Source: Mobula hypostoma (taxonomy: Eukaryota). Taken from it: DNA of 64,000 bases. Under the pieces are notes generated by a model. The model ran no database searches, was not told the origin of the DNA, and was given only the letters and a program-made list of their open reading frames with translations. Below are positions 13,279 through 26,659 of this stretch, in pieces (positions within the stretch are counted from its first letter, which is position 1; each line of letters starts with the position of its first letter). A program made the translations under genes and the position numbers. The stretch covers positions 27,096,001 through 27,160,000 of the forward strand of contig NC_086109.1 of the NCBI RefSeq assembly GCF_963921235.1, written 5' to 3'.

Positions 13279-13289
13279 TCAGTGCAAAA

Positions 13290-13625
13290 CCACACACAAA
13301 TTCTGACAAACAACCAATATGGAAAAGAAGACAAGCTGTGCAAATATAAATAAGCAAACAAGCAAATAAATAAATAAATACTGAGAACATAAGTTGTGAA
13401 GCGCTTGAAAGTCAGTCCAAATGTAATAGAATCTATGCTGGTTCAGGATCCTGATGGTTGAAGTGTAATAACTGTTCCTGAACCTGGTGCTGTGGGTCTT
13501 AAGAGGCTCCTGTACCTCCTTTGCAATTGTAGCAGCAAGAAGAAAGCATAACCTGGACGTTGGATGTTCTTCGTGATGGATGCTGCCTTCTTGTGGCAGT
13601 GCTGTGTGTAGACGTGCTCAATGGC
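13290..13625 (-). mobile_element. Rex1/Babar 3' remnant
   Basis: ORF 13443..13727 includes CHKKAASITKNIQRPGYAFFLLL..RRYRSL. Confidence 0.65.
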
Positions 13626-13786
13626 GATCCATTCCTCTTCCAAACAATTTAAGAACCAGTGAACTAGAATCAAGCTCTGTGTCAGTGGAGCAACACTTGG
13701 AATTAAATTCAATGTAGTGTTTATCAATATAGAGAAGAGGCAAACTTGCTGCTATTTGTGGAATCAGAGCTTACTAACCATGAGAG

Positions 13787-13866
13787 CAGGGGTTTCCAAC
13801 TTTTTTTATGCCATGGACCAATACCATTAAGCAAGTGGTCCGTGGACCCTACGTTGGGAACCATTG
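13787..13866. mobile_element. 80-bp hAT-type MITE
   Basis: CAGGGGTTTCCAAC...GTTGGGAACCATTG termini; degenerate 8-bp TSD CATGAGAG/CATTAGAT. Confidence 0.7.
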
Positions 13867-14029
13867 CATTAGATCATTAAGTTATCTGATGAAATGATGA
13901 AAGAATTCTAGCCTGTAGTGATTAGTTAACACGATTTGATACTGTTAGTTTAGCAGGGTGGCTGCTCAGATGCCTGGTGTACTGCAGATCTGTCTGGCTC
14001 TGATTCTAGTTTACTACCTGCCACCATAG

Positions 14030-14330
14030 GATAGCGTGGTGACCCAGCTAGTAAAGCTTCCTTCTCTCAGCTGTGGCGATTCAGGTTTGACCTTGACTTC
14101 TGGTGCTGTTTGTAAGGAGTTTGTACCTTTCTCCCTGTGACCACATGGGTTTCTTCCAGATGCTTCAGTTTCCTCCCACAGTCTAATGATTTGTAGGTTT
14201 GTATGTGAATTGGCCCCTAAAAATCACCCCGCTTATGTAGGTGCGAAGTTTAATTTGGAGTGGAGTCGATGGGGACATGAAGAGAGTAAAATGGGTGAGG
14301 GTAGTATTTGTGTCAAAATAGGTGCTTAAT
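14030..14330 (+). mobile_element. V-SINE (HE1-like), degenerate
   Basis: GGAGTTTGTAC..CTCCCTGTGACCACATGGGTTTCTTCCAGATGCTTCAGTTTCCTCCCACAGTC matches the V-domain. Confidence 0.72.
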
Positions 14331-14349
14331 GGTCAGTGTCTGGGTGGCA

Positions 14350-14690
14350 GGATGGAGATTTGTCTCGATCAAAGGAAGTGTAAGGGGCTCATACCCTCTG
14401 CTAGCCTGCAGGTTACCCTTGGGCAAGGTGTGTATCTCCTGCTTAATCCCCGAATCAGGGTCATATTAAGCCATGGGAGCAGGTACTGGAAGGTCTATGA
14501 GCAACTGGTGCATATCAGAAGTCCTGGTTATGCGACCACTGATGCCAGGCAATCTCTGAAGAGTCTTGATAGTGCTGGGGTCATCCATCTTATAAAGGGA
14601 CTGCCCAGAGAATGGCAAACAACATATATAGAATTTGCCAAGAACAATTATGGTCGCCCACTTCATTTCACATGGCACATAATGGTAATG
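14350..14690 (+). mobile_element. RTE-tailed SINE or non-autonomous element
   Basis: ATGGCAAAC..TTTGCCAAGAA motif typical of BovB/RTE-derived 3' tails. Confidence 0.5.
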
Positions 14691-15639
14691 AATGTTCAGC
14701 TTTGACTCGGTGCACAAAGAATCTGCTTCTAAGCTATAACTCTCTATGTCTAATAGGTAAACCCTCCTCAAGAGATATGACTGTATACTGTCAAATTAGT
14801 CCGAGGAAATCTGCTTCTCTGCCTTCCTATTTGCAGTATCAATCTGACATTGGCTAATACCTTCAGCTAACATGTCTCCATATTTGGTTCTTTGTGAAAC
14901 ACATCTTGTGCTGCTCTACCAGATTCCTAAAATGGCTGCCTTTTAAAATTTACATACCTAGTCCTGCAAAGCACCGAGAAGTTTTGCACTCGCTTATTTT
15001 TTATAATCTGGAGATGAGCTAAGGAAAGTAATTTCTGACATTACTTAATCCGGTGATGTGCAGACACATCCTAGTCAACTTCAGCCATATGAAATCACCA
15101 CAGAGGAAGCACACCGACCACTCTCACATTCGTGTTGAATATCACCAGCTGCAGCAAGCTGAACAGTATTTTCCCATGTAGACGGTAATTAGAATTTTAT
15201 TATATTGCACAGTTGGCACCTTGGATCAGCCACCAATTATTTATGACATTCAAATCTTATAAAATGTGTGTAAATGTCACATGTAACCCTGTAAATTTAT
15301 CAGTCTGCTGTTAAGCTGCAACACTTTAATGATGATCTGAGACAGATACAGAGAGGATCTCAGCGACAGGGATTTCTGTCTTCTCCTTGAGGTGTACTTT
15401 GTTAAAGAACGGAGACCCATCCTGTCCTAAAATATCAAACCAGTGCAGATAACAAAGAAACAATCACTCACACAATGTGGTGGGTGGTGTTGGGAACAGT
15501 CCTCTTGCCTCATTTCATCAGAGTCGGTGAATGTGTGCTAAGCTGCAACTTTCTTCGATATTCACATTTTATTCTAAGACATTCTGAAATGTATATTTAA
15601 GTTTGCTGAGAAAGTTATTTGCATGGCATTGATTAGTTG

Positions 15640-15900
15640 GAAATAAAGGCTTCCAGTGATTTAAAAGAAACCTAAAAGGTGACTTCTTTACTCAGAAAGA
15701 AGTGAGTACCTGGAATTTGCTGCCAGAGGAAGTGGTCAAGGTGGGTATAATTGCAATATTTAAGAGGCATTTATGTAGATATATGGACTGGAAAGAGCTC
15801 GGAGGGTTATGGGCTGAACATGGGTGATAAGCACTAGCAGGGAGGATTCTGTGGTCAACCTGCACTAGTTGGGCCATGATGTGTTACCCTATGATTCTAC
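15640..15900 (+). mobile_element. Degenerate CR1 3' end
   Basis: FFTQKEVSTWNLLPEEVV..FKRHL and CR1 3' UTR. Confidence 0.65.
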
Positions 15901-16221
15901 AACAACTGGTACTATAGAAATAGGGCCATAAGATATAGGAGCAGAACGTCCATTCAGCCCATTGAGTCTGCTCCACCTTTTCATCATGGCTGACTTATTA
16001 TCTTTTCAACACCATTCACTGTACCATTAAAGCAGATAACATTCCCAGCCCTGGCTGACAGAGGGGAGAAGAAAAGATGACAATACAAAGGATGACTGGG
16101 AGGAGCCTCGGAAAATCTGGTGGGATTTAAACAAACTTTTGAATGAAAGACAGAAATCAATGAGCCTGAGTGGTGGCTTAGAAAAGGAATACCAGACTCG
16201 GGGGAGGGGGATGACCACAAA

Positions 16222-17317
16222 AGTGGGCCTCTGTACCTCCCTCTGCAATTGGATCCTCTACTTCCTAACTGGAAGATCACAATCTGTGCGGATTCGTGAT
16301 AACATCTCCTCCTCGTTGACGATCAATACTGGTGCACCTCAGGGGTGTGCTTAGCCCACTGCTTTACTCGCTCTATACCCATGACTGTGGGCTAGGCATA
16401 GCTCAAATACTATCTATAAATTTTTCGATGATACAACTATTGTTGGTAGAATCTCAGATGGTGACGAGAGGGCGTACAGGAGTGAGATATGCCAACTAGT
16501 GGAGTGGAGGCGCAGCAACAACCTGACACTCAAAGTCAGTAAGACGAAAGAGCTGAATGTCGACTTCAGGAAGGGTAGGACGAAGGAACACATACCAATC
16601 CTCAGAGAGGAATCAGAAGTGGAGAGAGTGAGCAATTTCAAGTTCCTGGGTGTCAAGATCTCGGAGGACCTAACCTGGTCCCAACATATCAATGCAGCTA
16701 TAAAGAAGGCAAGACAGTGACTATGCTTCATTAGGAGTTTGAAGAGATTTGGTATGTCAACAAATATTATCAAAAACTTCTATAGATGTACCAAGGAGAG
16801 CATTCTGACAGGCTGCATCACTGTCTGATATAGGGGCCTACTGCGCAGGACCGAAAGTTGCAGAAGATTGTAAATTTAGTTGGCTCCATCTTGGGTACTA
16901 GACTAGAAAGTACGCAGGCCATTTTGAAGGAGCAGTGTCTCAGAAACATAGCATCCATTATTAGGGACTTCCGGCACCCAGGGTGTGCCCTTTTCTCACT
17001 GTTACCATCAGGAGGTATAGAAGCCTGAAGGCACACACTCAGCGATTAAGGAACAGCTTCTTCCCCTCTGCATCCAATTCCTAAATGGACATTGCACCCT
17101 TGAACACTATCTCACTTTTTAAATATATATTATTTCTGTTTTTTGCATGATTTTTAATCCTATTCAATTTACGTATACTGTAATTGATTTACTTATTTAA
17201 TTCTTCTTATTATTTTTTTCTTCCATATTATGTATTGCATTGAACTGCTGCTGCTAAGTTAACAAATTTCACAACACATGCCAGTGATAATAAACCTGAT
17301 TCTGATTCTGATTCTGA
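16222..17317 (+). mobile_element. Rex1/Babar LINE 3' half (RT domain to tail), frameshifted
   Basis: [62 protein letters not shown]; (GATTCT)n tail at ~17298-17317. Confidence 0.88.
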
Positions 17318-17527
17318 AGAGAGATGGCAGAAGAGTAGATAACTTGGGAAGGTTGTGTGAATAGAGGATATTACTGTGATAGGGTGGTAGATAAATCTGT
17401 GTTTCAATTTAAATGCAAAGATAAAAGAGCAACTTGAACACACAGATTCAAAAGGTTTAAAGTAAAATCTTAGCAAGTTTGGCAATTGTGAATAATTACT
17501 GTTTTTGAAAACTTATTAATCTATACA

Positions 17528-18060
17528 GTGGTGGTTGTCCATCGTGTCCGACAATGACAGGAAACCTGTGTGGAAGAGTTTTTAGAGTGGAAATGCTGCC
17601 ACATAGGGGCAATTCCACTCTCTCAACCTTAGAAGTCCAGGTCCAGTGGAACAAACAAGCATCTCAAGCTAGGGTCTTCCTTGGATGCAGTGGAAGATCA
17701 TGACGTCTTCTGTGCCTTGTCATGCCCCTCGTTCTCTATGTAACGTCACAGTATCGCCTTCCTGGCTGTTGGGTCTCACTATAGATTTCATCTGACCAGC
17801 CTGCTGGAGCTAACTTCACACACTAGAGCAGACGTGTCCCTCTGTCACCGGGGTATGAGCTGCCGACTACCCATACTTGGATTAGTCTGCCGGTCAAAGT
17901 GGTGTACCAGGGTGTGGCTGCTGTCACATGGGAGCAGCTACTAGAAGCCACAGGTGAGAGTTGAGTGTCCAGTGGAACCAAAGGTGAGTGAGCTGCCCTA
18001 GAATGGACAAGGCAAGCCCTTTCACCAGAGGTGCTACCCCTCCCTCAACAGCCCATACAT
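17528..18060. mobile_element. Non-coding interspersed repeat (possibly RTE-related), copy 1
   Basis: Colinear with 52143-52600 in the same orientation (GAGTTTTTA.AGTGGAAA..GTCCAGTGG..TTCTGTGC..GTCATGCCC). Confidence 0.6.
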
Positions 18061-18640
18061 TTCTTTATCTATAAGGAAGTAATTAAGAGCATTTGACTCC
18101 ACATATTGGTACACTGACTATTAGCCATTTGTCAGAGGTCTAGAAGTTATTGTCATTTTAAACTAGAACTGAAGTATTAAACTAATTAAAATTCTAGCTA
18201 CAATGATGGTGGTTTCTTAATGGATGCTTGAAGGCAGCCTGGAGGAATGGAGTACAGGTCCTTTACACATCTTGTCCAACTTTCCTTCTGTTGATTTCAA
18301 CAGAACAAGAATCAGATGTATTTGGCAATAGGTAGATGATCTCCCACAAGATCACAAGCTCAGGAAACACTTTATTGTAAGAACTTAAATACATGAAAAT
18401 AAGAGCAGGCACAGGCCATGTTGTGCCTTTACCTGCTCCACCAGTCAATAAGTTCTCAGCTGATTCTTCATCATTGCCACTTTCCTGCTTAATCTTTTAT
18501 CTCTTTTTCCAAAAGCAGTGACCTCAGACTTTAATAAAGGCCACAAAGAGATTTAATTTGCATCCCTATGAATCAAGAAGTTGTCTCATGTCAGTCCACA
18601 GTTCCTGACTCCTTATGCAGAACCATGCATTCCAGATATG

Positions 18641-19817
18641 AGTAACTCCCGCGTAGCACCGGTCTTATCACGTGTGACTAATCACTGCACTCTGAGCAAA
18701 TCAGACTACATAGTACTATACTAGATGCTAGTAGGCCATCAGAAGATTCTAGGTATTGGAAGGAGGCAGTGAATAGAAACCACACAATTCTGGAGATAAG
18801 TTTTGTTTACAAGAAAGAAAACATATATACAACATATTTACATGAGCAAGAACAGTTCAAAATTCCAACATTCTGTTTAGGTTCCAAATCTTAGATATCA
18901 AACCAAAACAAAACCCTTTTTAATTAGACTCAGTGAGAATCCTTTATTACTCTAATTTCTCTAACTAATTAGATCTAGTGTTATTCCTTACTCAAAAGTT
19001 TACAGACTAAACTTTCCTTTTTACTTATCCCTAGTTAGTTAGAAAATTATATTTGGTTTTCTAATCTTAAGTATTATGGTTAGCTTCAGTTTCAGTTCCA
19101 GGCAGTATATCTACAAGTTTAAATTCAAATTGAAAAATTATATATACATAGTTTAACTCCTTTCACGATAACATTACAACTGTTAAACAAAGTAAATTTC
19201 ATTCAGTAACTTATCAAAGTCTTTGCAAAAATAATCAGTTCTTGCAGAAAATTAAATTTGGATTCTTTGAATGAGAATACATTTATACATCCAACTGTAT
19301 TAAATCCTCTGAGACTTTGCACATTTCATTCCCGTGCTGGTTCATTGAATCTTGGGTAGTTTGCCATCTTCTTTCTTGGTTCATTGGAATGAAATAGTTT
19401 ATCATCCATGGCAAGTCAATTCACAAACTTGACCAAATCCCTTGGTATGATTTTACACAACTAAGTCCTGACTACACGGTAGGGATTTTGGACACTCGTT
19501 TCTGCTGATATTGTCTCGTTATAGCTGTTGCGTGTTATAGCCATAGCTTCAATGTCTTTTATCGCTATTGCCTCTCCTCCAGGAGTTTCATCCTGAGGTT
19601 CTCAAGTTAGTAGGGTAAAGATACTCATTACTCATTTCACTCTTAACAGTTCATGTCTTCAGCTTCTAATTGTTGCTATGTTTCTCTCCTTGTCTGTCCT
19701 GCATCAGCCACGCCTCTTCTCGTATAGCGTTTTTTCAAATTCTCTTTTTTTTTCCCATCCCTCCGCAGGTGGAGCTTTCTAACATTACATCTTTGCGTTT
19801 AATTAACCTGGATTACA
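18641..19817 (-). mobile_element. Long (~1.2 kb) solo LTR-like element, inverted copy of 47238-48483
   Basis: Reverse complement begins TGTAATCCAGGTT..AAAGATGTAA.GTTAGAAA.CTCCACCTG and aligns with 47238-48483 at both ends and internally (e.g. GGAACCTAAACAGAATGTTGGAATTTTGAA). Confidence 0.75.
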
Positions 19818-20002
19818 TGTAGATCTGAGAATGAGAAAACATAGAAAACAGCCTTTCAGCACCTAAACTAGAAAAACCTTCAGAAAAATCTAGGTTTCAA
19901 TGAGATAATCTCTTAATTCACTTAACTTCTAGTTCATATAGACCTATCTTCATTCAAAATCTATCTTTAGTTTCATTCAAAATGCACCCAAGAACCAATA
20001 TA

Positions 20003-20425
20003 TACTCAGTGCCCATTTTATTAGGTACAGCTGTACACCTGCTCATTAATACAAATATATAATCAGCCAATCATGATGCACAGTAACTCAATGCATAAAA
20101 GCATACAGACATGGTCAAGAGGTTCAGTCGGTGTTTAGACTGAACATTAGAATGGGAAGAAATGTGATCTAAGTGACTTTGACAGTGGTATAATTGTTGG
20201 TGCCAAATGGGCTGGTTTGACAATCTCAGAAACTGCTGATTTTCTGGGATTTTCATGCACAGCAATCTCTAGATTATACAAGGACTGTTGCAAAAAAAAT
20301 CCATTGAGCTACAGTTCTATGGGTGAATATGCCTTGTTAATGAGAGCAGTCAGACGAGAATGGTCAGACTGGTTAAGCTGACAGGAAGGATACAGTAACT
20401 CAAGTAACCATACCTAATAAATTGG
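20003..20425 (+). mobile_element. Tc1/mariner deletion derivative with transposase N-terminal HTH remnant
   Basis: TIR-like ACTCAGTGCCCATTTTATTAGGTA and TACCTAATAAATTGG; CDLSDFDSGIIVGAKWAGLTISETADFLGFS is a Tc1 paired-like domain. Confidence 0.82.
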
Positions 20426-20824
20426 ATTGATTGTAAGTTGCAGCTTGTCTGATATGTTTGGCTAGCTATGATTTAATGCTGAGGCCTTTGGCATAGTCCT
20501 TAAGCTGTGACCAATTAAGCGTATGGACACCCTGGTTGTTTAGTGTAGGGTGCAGTGAATGATATATACATTTTTATTTCACAACTGGGACATACAAGAA
20601 ACTTTTATGCTCTTTTATAATTGAAATCTATTAGCTTTTAAAGACCAGTGGTTAGACTGCACAAGAGTCAGAAAACTTGGATGGAGTTTGTCAATAAGTT
20701 TGCATTTATTTCAAGAAAGTTCTGATCAATTTAGCAGTGGTTTGAAAGTCCATGTCGATTTAGGTGACATTATGTTTAATAATTCTCAGAGATCATGCGT
20801 AGTACTTTGACTTTATTGGACTAA

Positions 20825-22695
20825 TTTTTTGAAACAAAATAAACTTTATTCAGAATAAGAAAATGACAAGAATAAACTGCCTTTTCTTTCTTTAAATTCA
20901 AAGTCAATGCTTTCAGTACTGTTCTATTGTTGAGTTGCCCATAGTTTTCATGGTAAGATACAAAAGTAGATCGTCAGGCCTTTCTTCCACACAGATACTG
21001 GTAGGGACCTGGCTGGTTTCAAACCTAGGACTATCTGCCTCAAAGTCAATTGCTAATGCCACTATACCACCAGCTGGCCCACTGTTCTATTACCTTCCCA
21101 GATATCAATCAATAACACTGCTGGCATTCCTGTGGCTCCATAGTGTGGTATCCCATTACAACAAATGAGGGGCTTCCTCTCCCAACCCAGGCCTCTGTCT
21201 CCAGTAAGAGAAGAACCCTGCACTGTAGTCCTTCCCCGGTGAGCCCTTGTGGTTGCTATGCACATCCTCAGCATATTCTCTTTGCAGCTTGGAATGTGCC
21301 GGTCGGCAGCATTCCTCCACAGACATCTTAACATGCTGGCAGACCAACAACATTGAGGCAAATCAAAGGGTGCCTTTCATCGAATTGATGATCTGCCAGC
21401 AGCACTTAATGTCCGTCTCCGTGTGCGTCCCTGGGAACAGCCCATAGATCAAAGTCCTCTGTCACACTGCTGCTCGGGTTGAATCGCGGCACAGGCCCTT
21501 GCATCATTCTCCGCACCATCTTCACAAACCTACAGTACAGAAAGAGGAGGGTTACTGTCTCTTCCGCACTGCAGTCTTCCTGGGGGCAGCGTGCTGTGGG
21601 AGTGATGTTTCAGGCCTGCAGTATCGATCTGACTGGGAGAGAAGCTCCTCTCACCATCATTCAGGCAAGGTCTTGATGCTTGTTGGTGAGGTCTGGCCTC
21701 ACTCAGGCAAAGTCTTGGTGCTTGTCAGTGATAGTTTGGACAGTCTGCTCAGGGAACCACCCTACTGTGTCCTTTGAGTCCATCTCCTGCAGTGCTGATT
21801 GCTGATCAGTGATTGCTGATCACTGCCTAAGCGACTTGTGGTCAAAGGTGTTGGTCTATAAGAACTTTTCCATGAAGAACAGGTGGGTAGCAACGTCCAG
21901 ATGACTGGAACATTGCATGGTAACGGGGCCAGAGGCATCCTTCACGACACTAGGGACAGATAGAACCTTGGCACATAGTGGTACGTGGTGCCTACATATT
22001 CAAGCTCCACACACAGCCTGATGCAGCAACACAGAAAGGTGGTCATCAGGGTGAGGGTGACATTTTTTGCCCCCATTGTTCGAATTGTTAACCGTCTGAC
22101 CCACTCCTCCTTGAGTCCACAGATGAACCTGAAGACAGCTCAGGTGAATCCCAAGCTGGAGGAATGAGGGATGGACCACACCTGCGCCAGGTTCAGCAGC
22201 CCTGAGAGCACCTCACAGCTGATGACCAAGCTCTTCCCAGTTATCGATAGGGAGCTCTCTCCACACAGTCCTGATTTCTGGTTTACCTTCTCAATATGCT
22301 CCAGCCAATTCTTGTTGCACGCCTTGGCCCCTCTGATCCGGATCCCCGGCAGCTTCATGTAATTGGATCCGATGGTGACGGGGACACTGGATCGGTTGGG
22401 CCAGATGCTGAAGAGCATGGCTTCACTCTTTGTGCAGTTAATCTGGCTCCCGATGCCTTCTCAAACTGGTCACAGGTGCAGAGCAATCTGTGAACTGACC
22501 TCAGATTTGAGCAGAAGATGGTGAAGTCATCCATGTACAGGGAAGTTTTCACTTGGGTCCCTCCACTACCAATTAGCAGGGTCACTCCTCTTATGCTCTC
22601 GTCCTTCCTGATGGCTTCAGTAAAGAGTATTATACAGCACACAAACAAGACTGGGGAGAGTGGGCATCTCTGCCTGATTCCAGAAACTATCTGTA
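20825..22695 (-). mobile_element. Tx1-clade LINE, 5'-truncated and decayed
   Basis: ORF 22355..22720: SGIRQRCPLSPVLF..VKTSLYMDD..DQFEKASGA; AATAAA and an A-run on the minus strand near 20825-20852. A small tRNA-SINE head appears nested at ~20975-21075. Confidence 0.85.
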
Positions 22696-22837
22696 TTCCA
22701 CCCGTTGATTTAGACTGCACTACAAATGTTCACAGAGAGCAGGTTGAGTCGGATTGATTACTGAGATTAATGATTCATATATCAGGCAATGCTGAAATCA
22801 ATATAAGGAGCTGCACATGACTGCATATTATAGAGTG

Positions 22838-23815
22838 ACACAACAACACTCACAAAATGCTGGAGGAACTTAGCAGGCCAGCTAGCATCTATGAAAAAGT
22901 GTAAACGGTCGACATTTTGGGCTGGGACCCTTCATCAAGTCTAGAAAGGAAAGGGGAAGGAGTCGGACTGCTGGGAGGTTGATTGGTGAAAGAGATTAAG
23001 GGCTGGAAAAGGGAGAGTCTAATAGGAGAGGACAGAACACCATGGAAGAAAGGGAAGGGGAGGAACAGCAGAGGGAGGATGATGAGCCGGTAAAGAGAGA
23101 AGGTGAGGGAGGAAAACAGGAATGGGGAGTGGTGAAGGAATTACCAGAATTTCGAGAAATCGATGTTCATGCCATCAGTTTGGAGGCTATCCAGACAGAA
23201 TAAAAGGTGTTGCTCCTCCAAACTGAGTGGGTCCTCTTTGTGGAAATAGAGGAGGCCAATGAGTGACATGTCAGAATGCGAATGGGAAGTGGAATTGAAA
23301 TGGGTGGCTACCTGGAAATCCTGGTTTTTGTGCCAAATGGAGCGAAGGTGCTTGACGAAGCGGTCTCCTAATCTGCAAACGTTTGTATGTCGGGTCACGC
23401 TGATATACAGGAGGCCAGACTGGAAGCATCAGATACGGTAGGTGACCACAACAGTCTTGCAGCTGAAGTGTCGCCACACCTGGAAGGACTGTTTGGGGCC
23501 CTGAATGGTAGTGAGGGAGGAGGTGTAGGGGCAGGTGTGGCACTTATTCTGCTTGCAAGGGTAAATACCAGGAGGGAAATCAGTGGGGAGGGGGACAAGT
23601 GGACAAGGGAGTTGCATAAGAAACAGAAAGCTTTAAGGCTTTCCTGTTGGGGGAATGGAAGTGTATAGGGTCTGGACGTCCATAGTAAAAGTGAGATGAT
23701 TGGGGTCAGGTAACTTAAAGTCATTGAAAAGATTGAGAGTGTGTGAAGTGTCACGGATGTAGATAGGAAGTTACTGAACCAAGGGAGATAAAACAGAGTC
23801 AAGGTATGCAGACAC
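22838..23815 (-). mobile_element. Penelope-like element (GIY-YIG end joined to an RT fragment)
   Basis: RLGDRFVKHLRSI..VATHFNSTSHSHSDM..EEQHLLF..DGMNIDF; RT piece YIRDTSH..FTMDVQTLYTSIP at ~23640-23770. Confidence 0.85.
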
Positions 23816-23829
23816 AAGTTTATTGGGGT

Positions 23830-25310
23830 AGGAGCATCTCTTCCCAACTCTTCCTTCACTGCATCGACACCTGTATTGGTACTGCTTCCTGCACTCATGC
23901 TGAGTACGTAAATTTCATCAAGCTGGCCTCCAGCTTCCACCCTGCTCTCAAATTTACTCGGACCATTTCTTATACCTCTCTTCCTCTTCTTGATCTCTCT
24001 GTCTCCATCTCTTGAAACAGTCTATGTACTGATAACTTTTATAAACCCACTGCCCCCCACAGCTACCTGGACTATACCTCTTCCACCCTGTCACTTGTAC
24101 AAATGCCATTCCCTTCTCTCAGTTCCTTCATATCTGCTCTCAGGTTGAGGGTTCTCATTCTAGAACAACTGAGATGTCCTCCTTCTTCAAGGAAAGGGGT
24201 TTCCCTTCCTCCACCATTAACACTGCCCTCTTCTGCATCTCCTCCATTTTGTGCACATCTGCTCTCACCCCACCTTCCTGCCACCACATCAGGGATGGAG
24301 TTCCTCTTGTCCTCTCCTCCATCTCACTACCCTCCATGGCCAGCTCATAATTCTCTATAACTTCCACAATCTCCAACCGGATCTCACCAAACACATTTTT
24401 CTTTCCTCCTCACTTTCTGCTTTCCACTGGGATCGCTCCCTACATGACTCCCTTGTCCATTTGTCTCTCCCCACCAATCTCCCTCTTGGTACTTATTCTT
24501 GTAGGTGGAACAAATGCCACACCTGCCCCTGCACCTCCTCCCTCACTACCATTCAGGCTGCCAAACAGTCCTTCCAGATGAGGCAACACTTCACCTCTGA
24601 GCTTTTTTGGGTCCCCTTCTGTGTCCGGTGCTCTCAGTGTGGCCTCCTGTACATCGGTGAAACCCGATGCAGATTGGGAGACTGCTTCACCAAGCAACTA
24701 CGCTCCATCCGCCAGAAAAAGCAGGATTTCCTGGTGGCAACCCTTCACATTCCCATTCCAGCGTCACTCCATGGCGTCCTCTACTGTCACGATGAGGCCA
24801 CACTTAGGTTGGAGGACCAACAGGTATATTCCGTCTGGGTAACCTTCAACCTGATGGCACGAGCGTTGATTTCTTGAACTCCTGGTAATTGCTCCCCCCC
24901 ACCCTTCACCATTCCCCATTCCTGTTTCCCTCCCTCAATGTTCTCTCCTTACCTGCCCATCACCTCCCTCTAGGGGTACTCCTTCCTCTTTCCTTCCTTC
25001 CATGGTCTTCTGTCCTCTCCTATTAGATTCCCCCCTCTCTATTATCTTTTTCTTCAATCAACCTCCCAGTTCTTTACCTCACCCCCTTTTTCTCTCCCGG
25101 TTTCACCTATCACCTGCCACCTTGTACTTCTTCCCTACCCCCACATTTTAATTTGATTCCTTCCCCTTTCCTTTCCAGTCTAATGAAGGGTCTCAGCCCG
25201 AAACGTCAACTGTACTCTTTTCCATAGATGCTGCCTGGCCTGCTAAGTTCCTCTGGCAATTTTTGTGTGTTGCTTTGGACTTCCAGCATCAGCAGATCTC
25301 ATGTTTGTGG
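23830..25310 (+). mobile_element. Penelope-like element (RT C-half, GIY-YIG, 3' UTR)
   Basis: LFLHCIDTCIG (decayed YIDD)..FHPALKFT..LPLLDLSVS; ORF 24251..24877 has CVRCSQCGLLYIGETRCRLGD. Confidence 0.88.
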
Positions 25311-26189
25311 TCTGACACATTTAAAGGCACAGGACCATATGCAGAAGGATAAATTGAAGCTGAATGCATTTGCAGCAAAAATTCTAGAGCAACAGGGTGT
25401 AACTTACGACCCACCACCATTGTAAAAACCCCTTAGAGTACCTGATTACAGAAATTGTGTGAAAGAAAATAATGTTATGGTAAGGTAATGTGAATTTTAT
25501 TTGTCACTAAATGATCTGTTTTGATCAGTGCGGGATGACATGAACATACAGTCTTGTGGAAAGTCTTAGGCACCCTAGGCTTTTTATATGATTTCAGATG
25601 GTATAGCAAACATAGTCAGCCAGAATTTCTCTTGGCCTCTGTTGATTGGCTATCATATCATCAGAGGAGTTTCAGCAAAAGTATATTCGGTATTTGATAA
25701 GCGGAGATTCTAATCATCATTTGACAGTAGTGTAGGAGAGCAAATTACTGACAGCTGTCTTTCAATTAATGTTGAGACAAGTTTCTTGTATTCTTTCTGT
25801 CAGTCTACTGCCCCTCTCTTTTCAACTGAATATTGTTACTTCCCTAATATACTGTTTCACTGCACAGAAAGGGACAATTTCTTTTCATTTCTCACATTTT
25901 TGCTGCATAAAGCTTGTGCAGGCTCAGCAGAGCCCCAATCACAGGTGCCGCCAGGGCTGAACTGCCAAACTTACAGCCACAAGGTGTACAAAACCTGGAT
26001 GAAAGTTGCTCTCAGTGAGTGAAAGAGATTCGCCAGTAATGTAGATGATTGAGCGCTGGTGGCTCTAAAGTAGTATTTGAATTATATCATTCATGTACTG
26101 CTAAGCTATCCAATAACCTTTTTCATTTCAAATGCAACATCAAATCAAATTTGCATGGATACTATAACAAAGATTAAAGATTTTTTAAA

Positions 26190-26490
26190 AAAAGATTAAC
26201 TTTAATTGACACATATACATTGAAATTTTGAAGCATAATTGAATGTATTTTTTCTGTCAATGCCCTACACATCCGAGGTGTGCTGGGGAGCCCACAATTG
26301 TAGCCATTCTTCCAGGGTCAACATAGCATTCCTGCAAGATACTAACCTGAACTCATATGTCTTTGGAATGTGGGAGAAGACAGAAGCACCCAGAGGAAAC
26401 CCACTCAGTCACGGGGAGAATTTACAAACTCTTTACAGTCGGCAGTGGGAATGGAACAGGTACCATAATTGTAGAGACAGCGCAGATAAG
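26190..26490 (-). mobile_element. V-SINE-like element
   Basis: GTCTTTGGAATGTGGGAG..GCACCCAGAGGAAACCCAC..CACGGGGAGAAT.TACAAACTC is the reverse complement of the V-domain. Confidence 0.7.
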
Positions 26491-26659
26491 TGGAGACCCT
26501 TTGCCTGCAGCTCCAATGGGAATCATGAAATATTCCCGTTTAGGTCCACTACAGCTGAAATCCACAGTCACAGCCATGGGTACTGCAAGAAGCAACATTG
26601 TTTTAAGACATTTAAAATAATTTATCAATTCTCAAATGTAGCAAAATTGATGGATCCTG

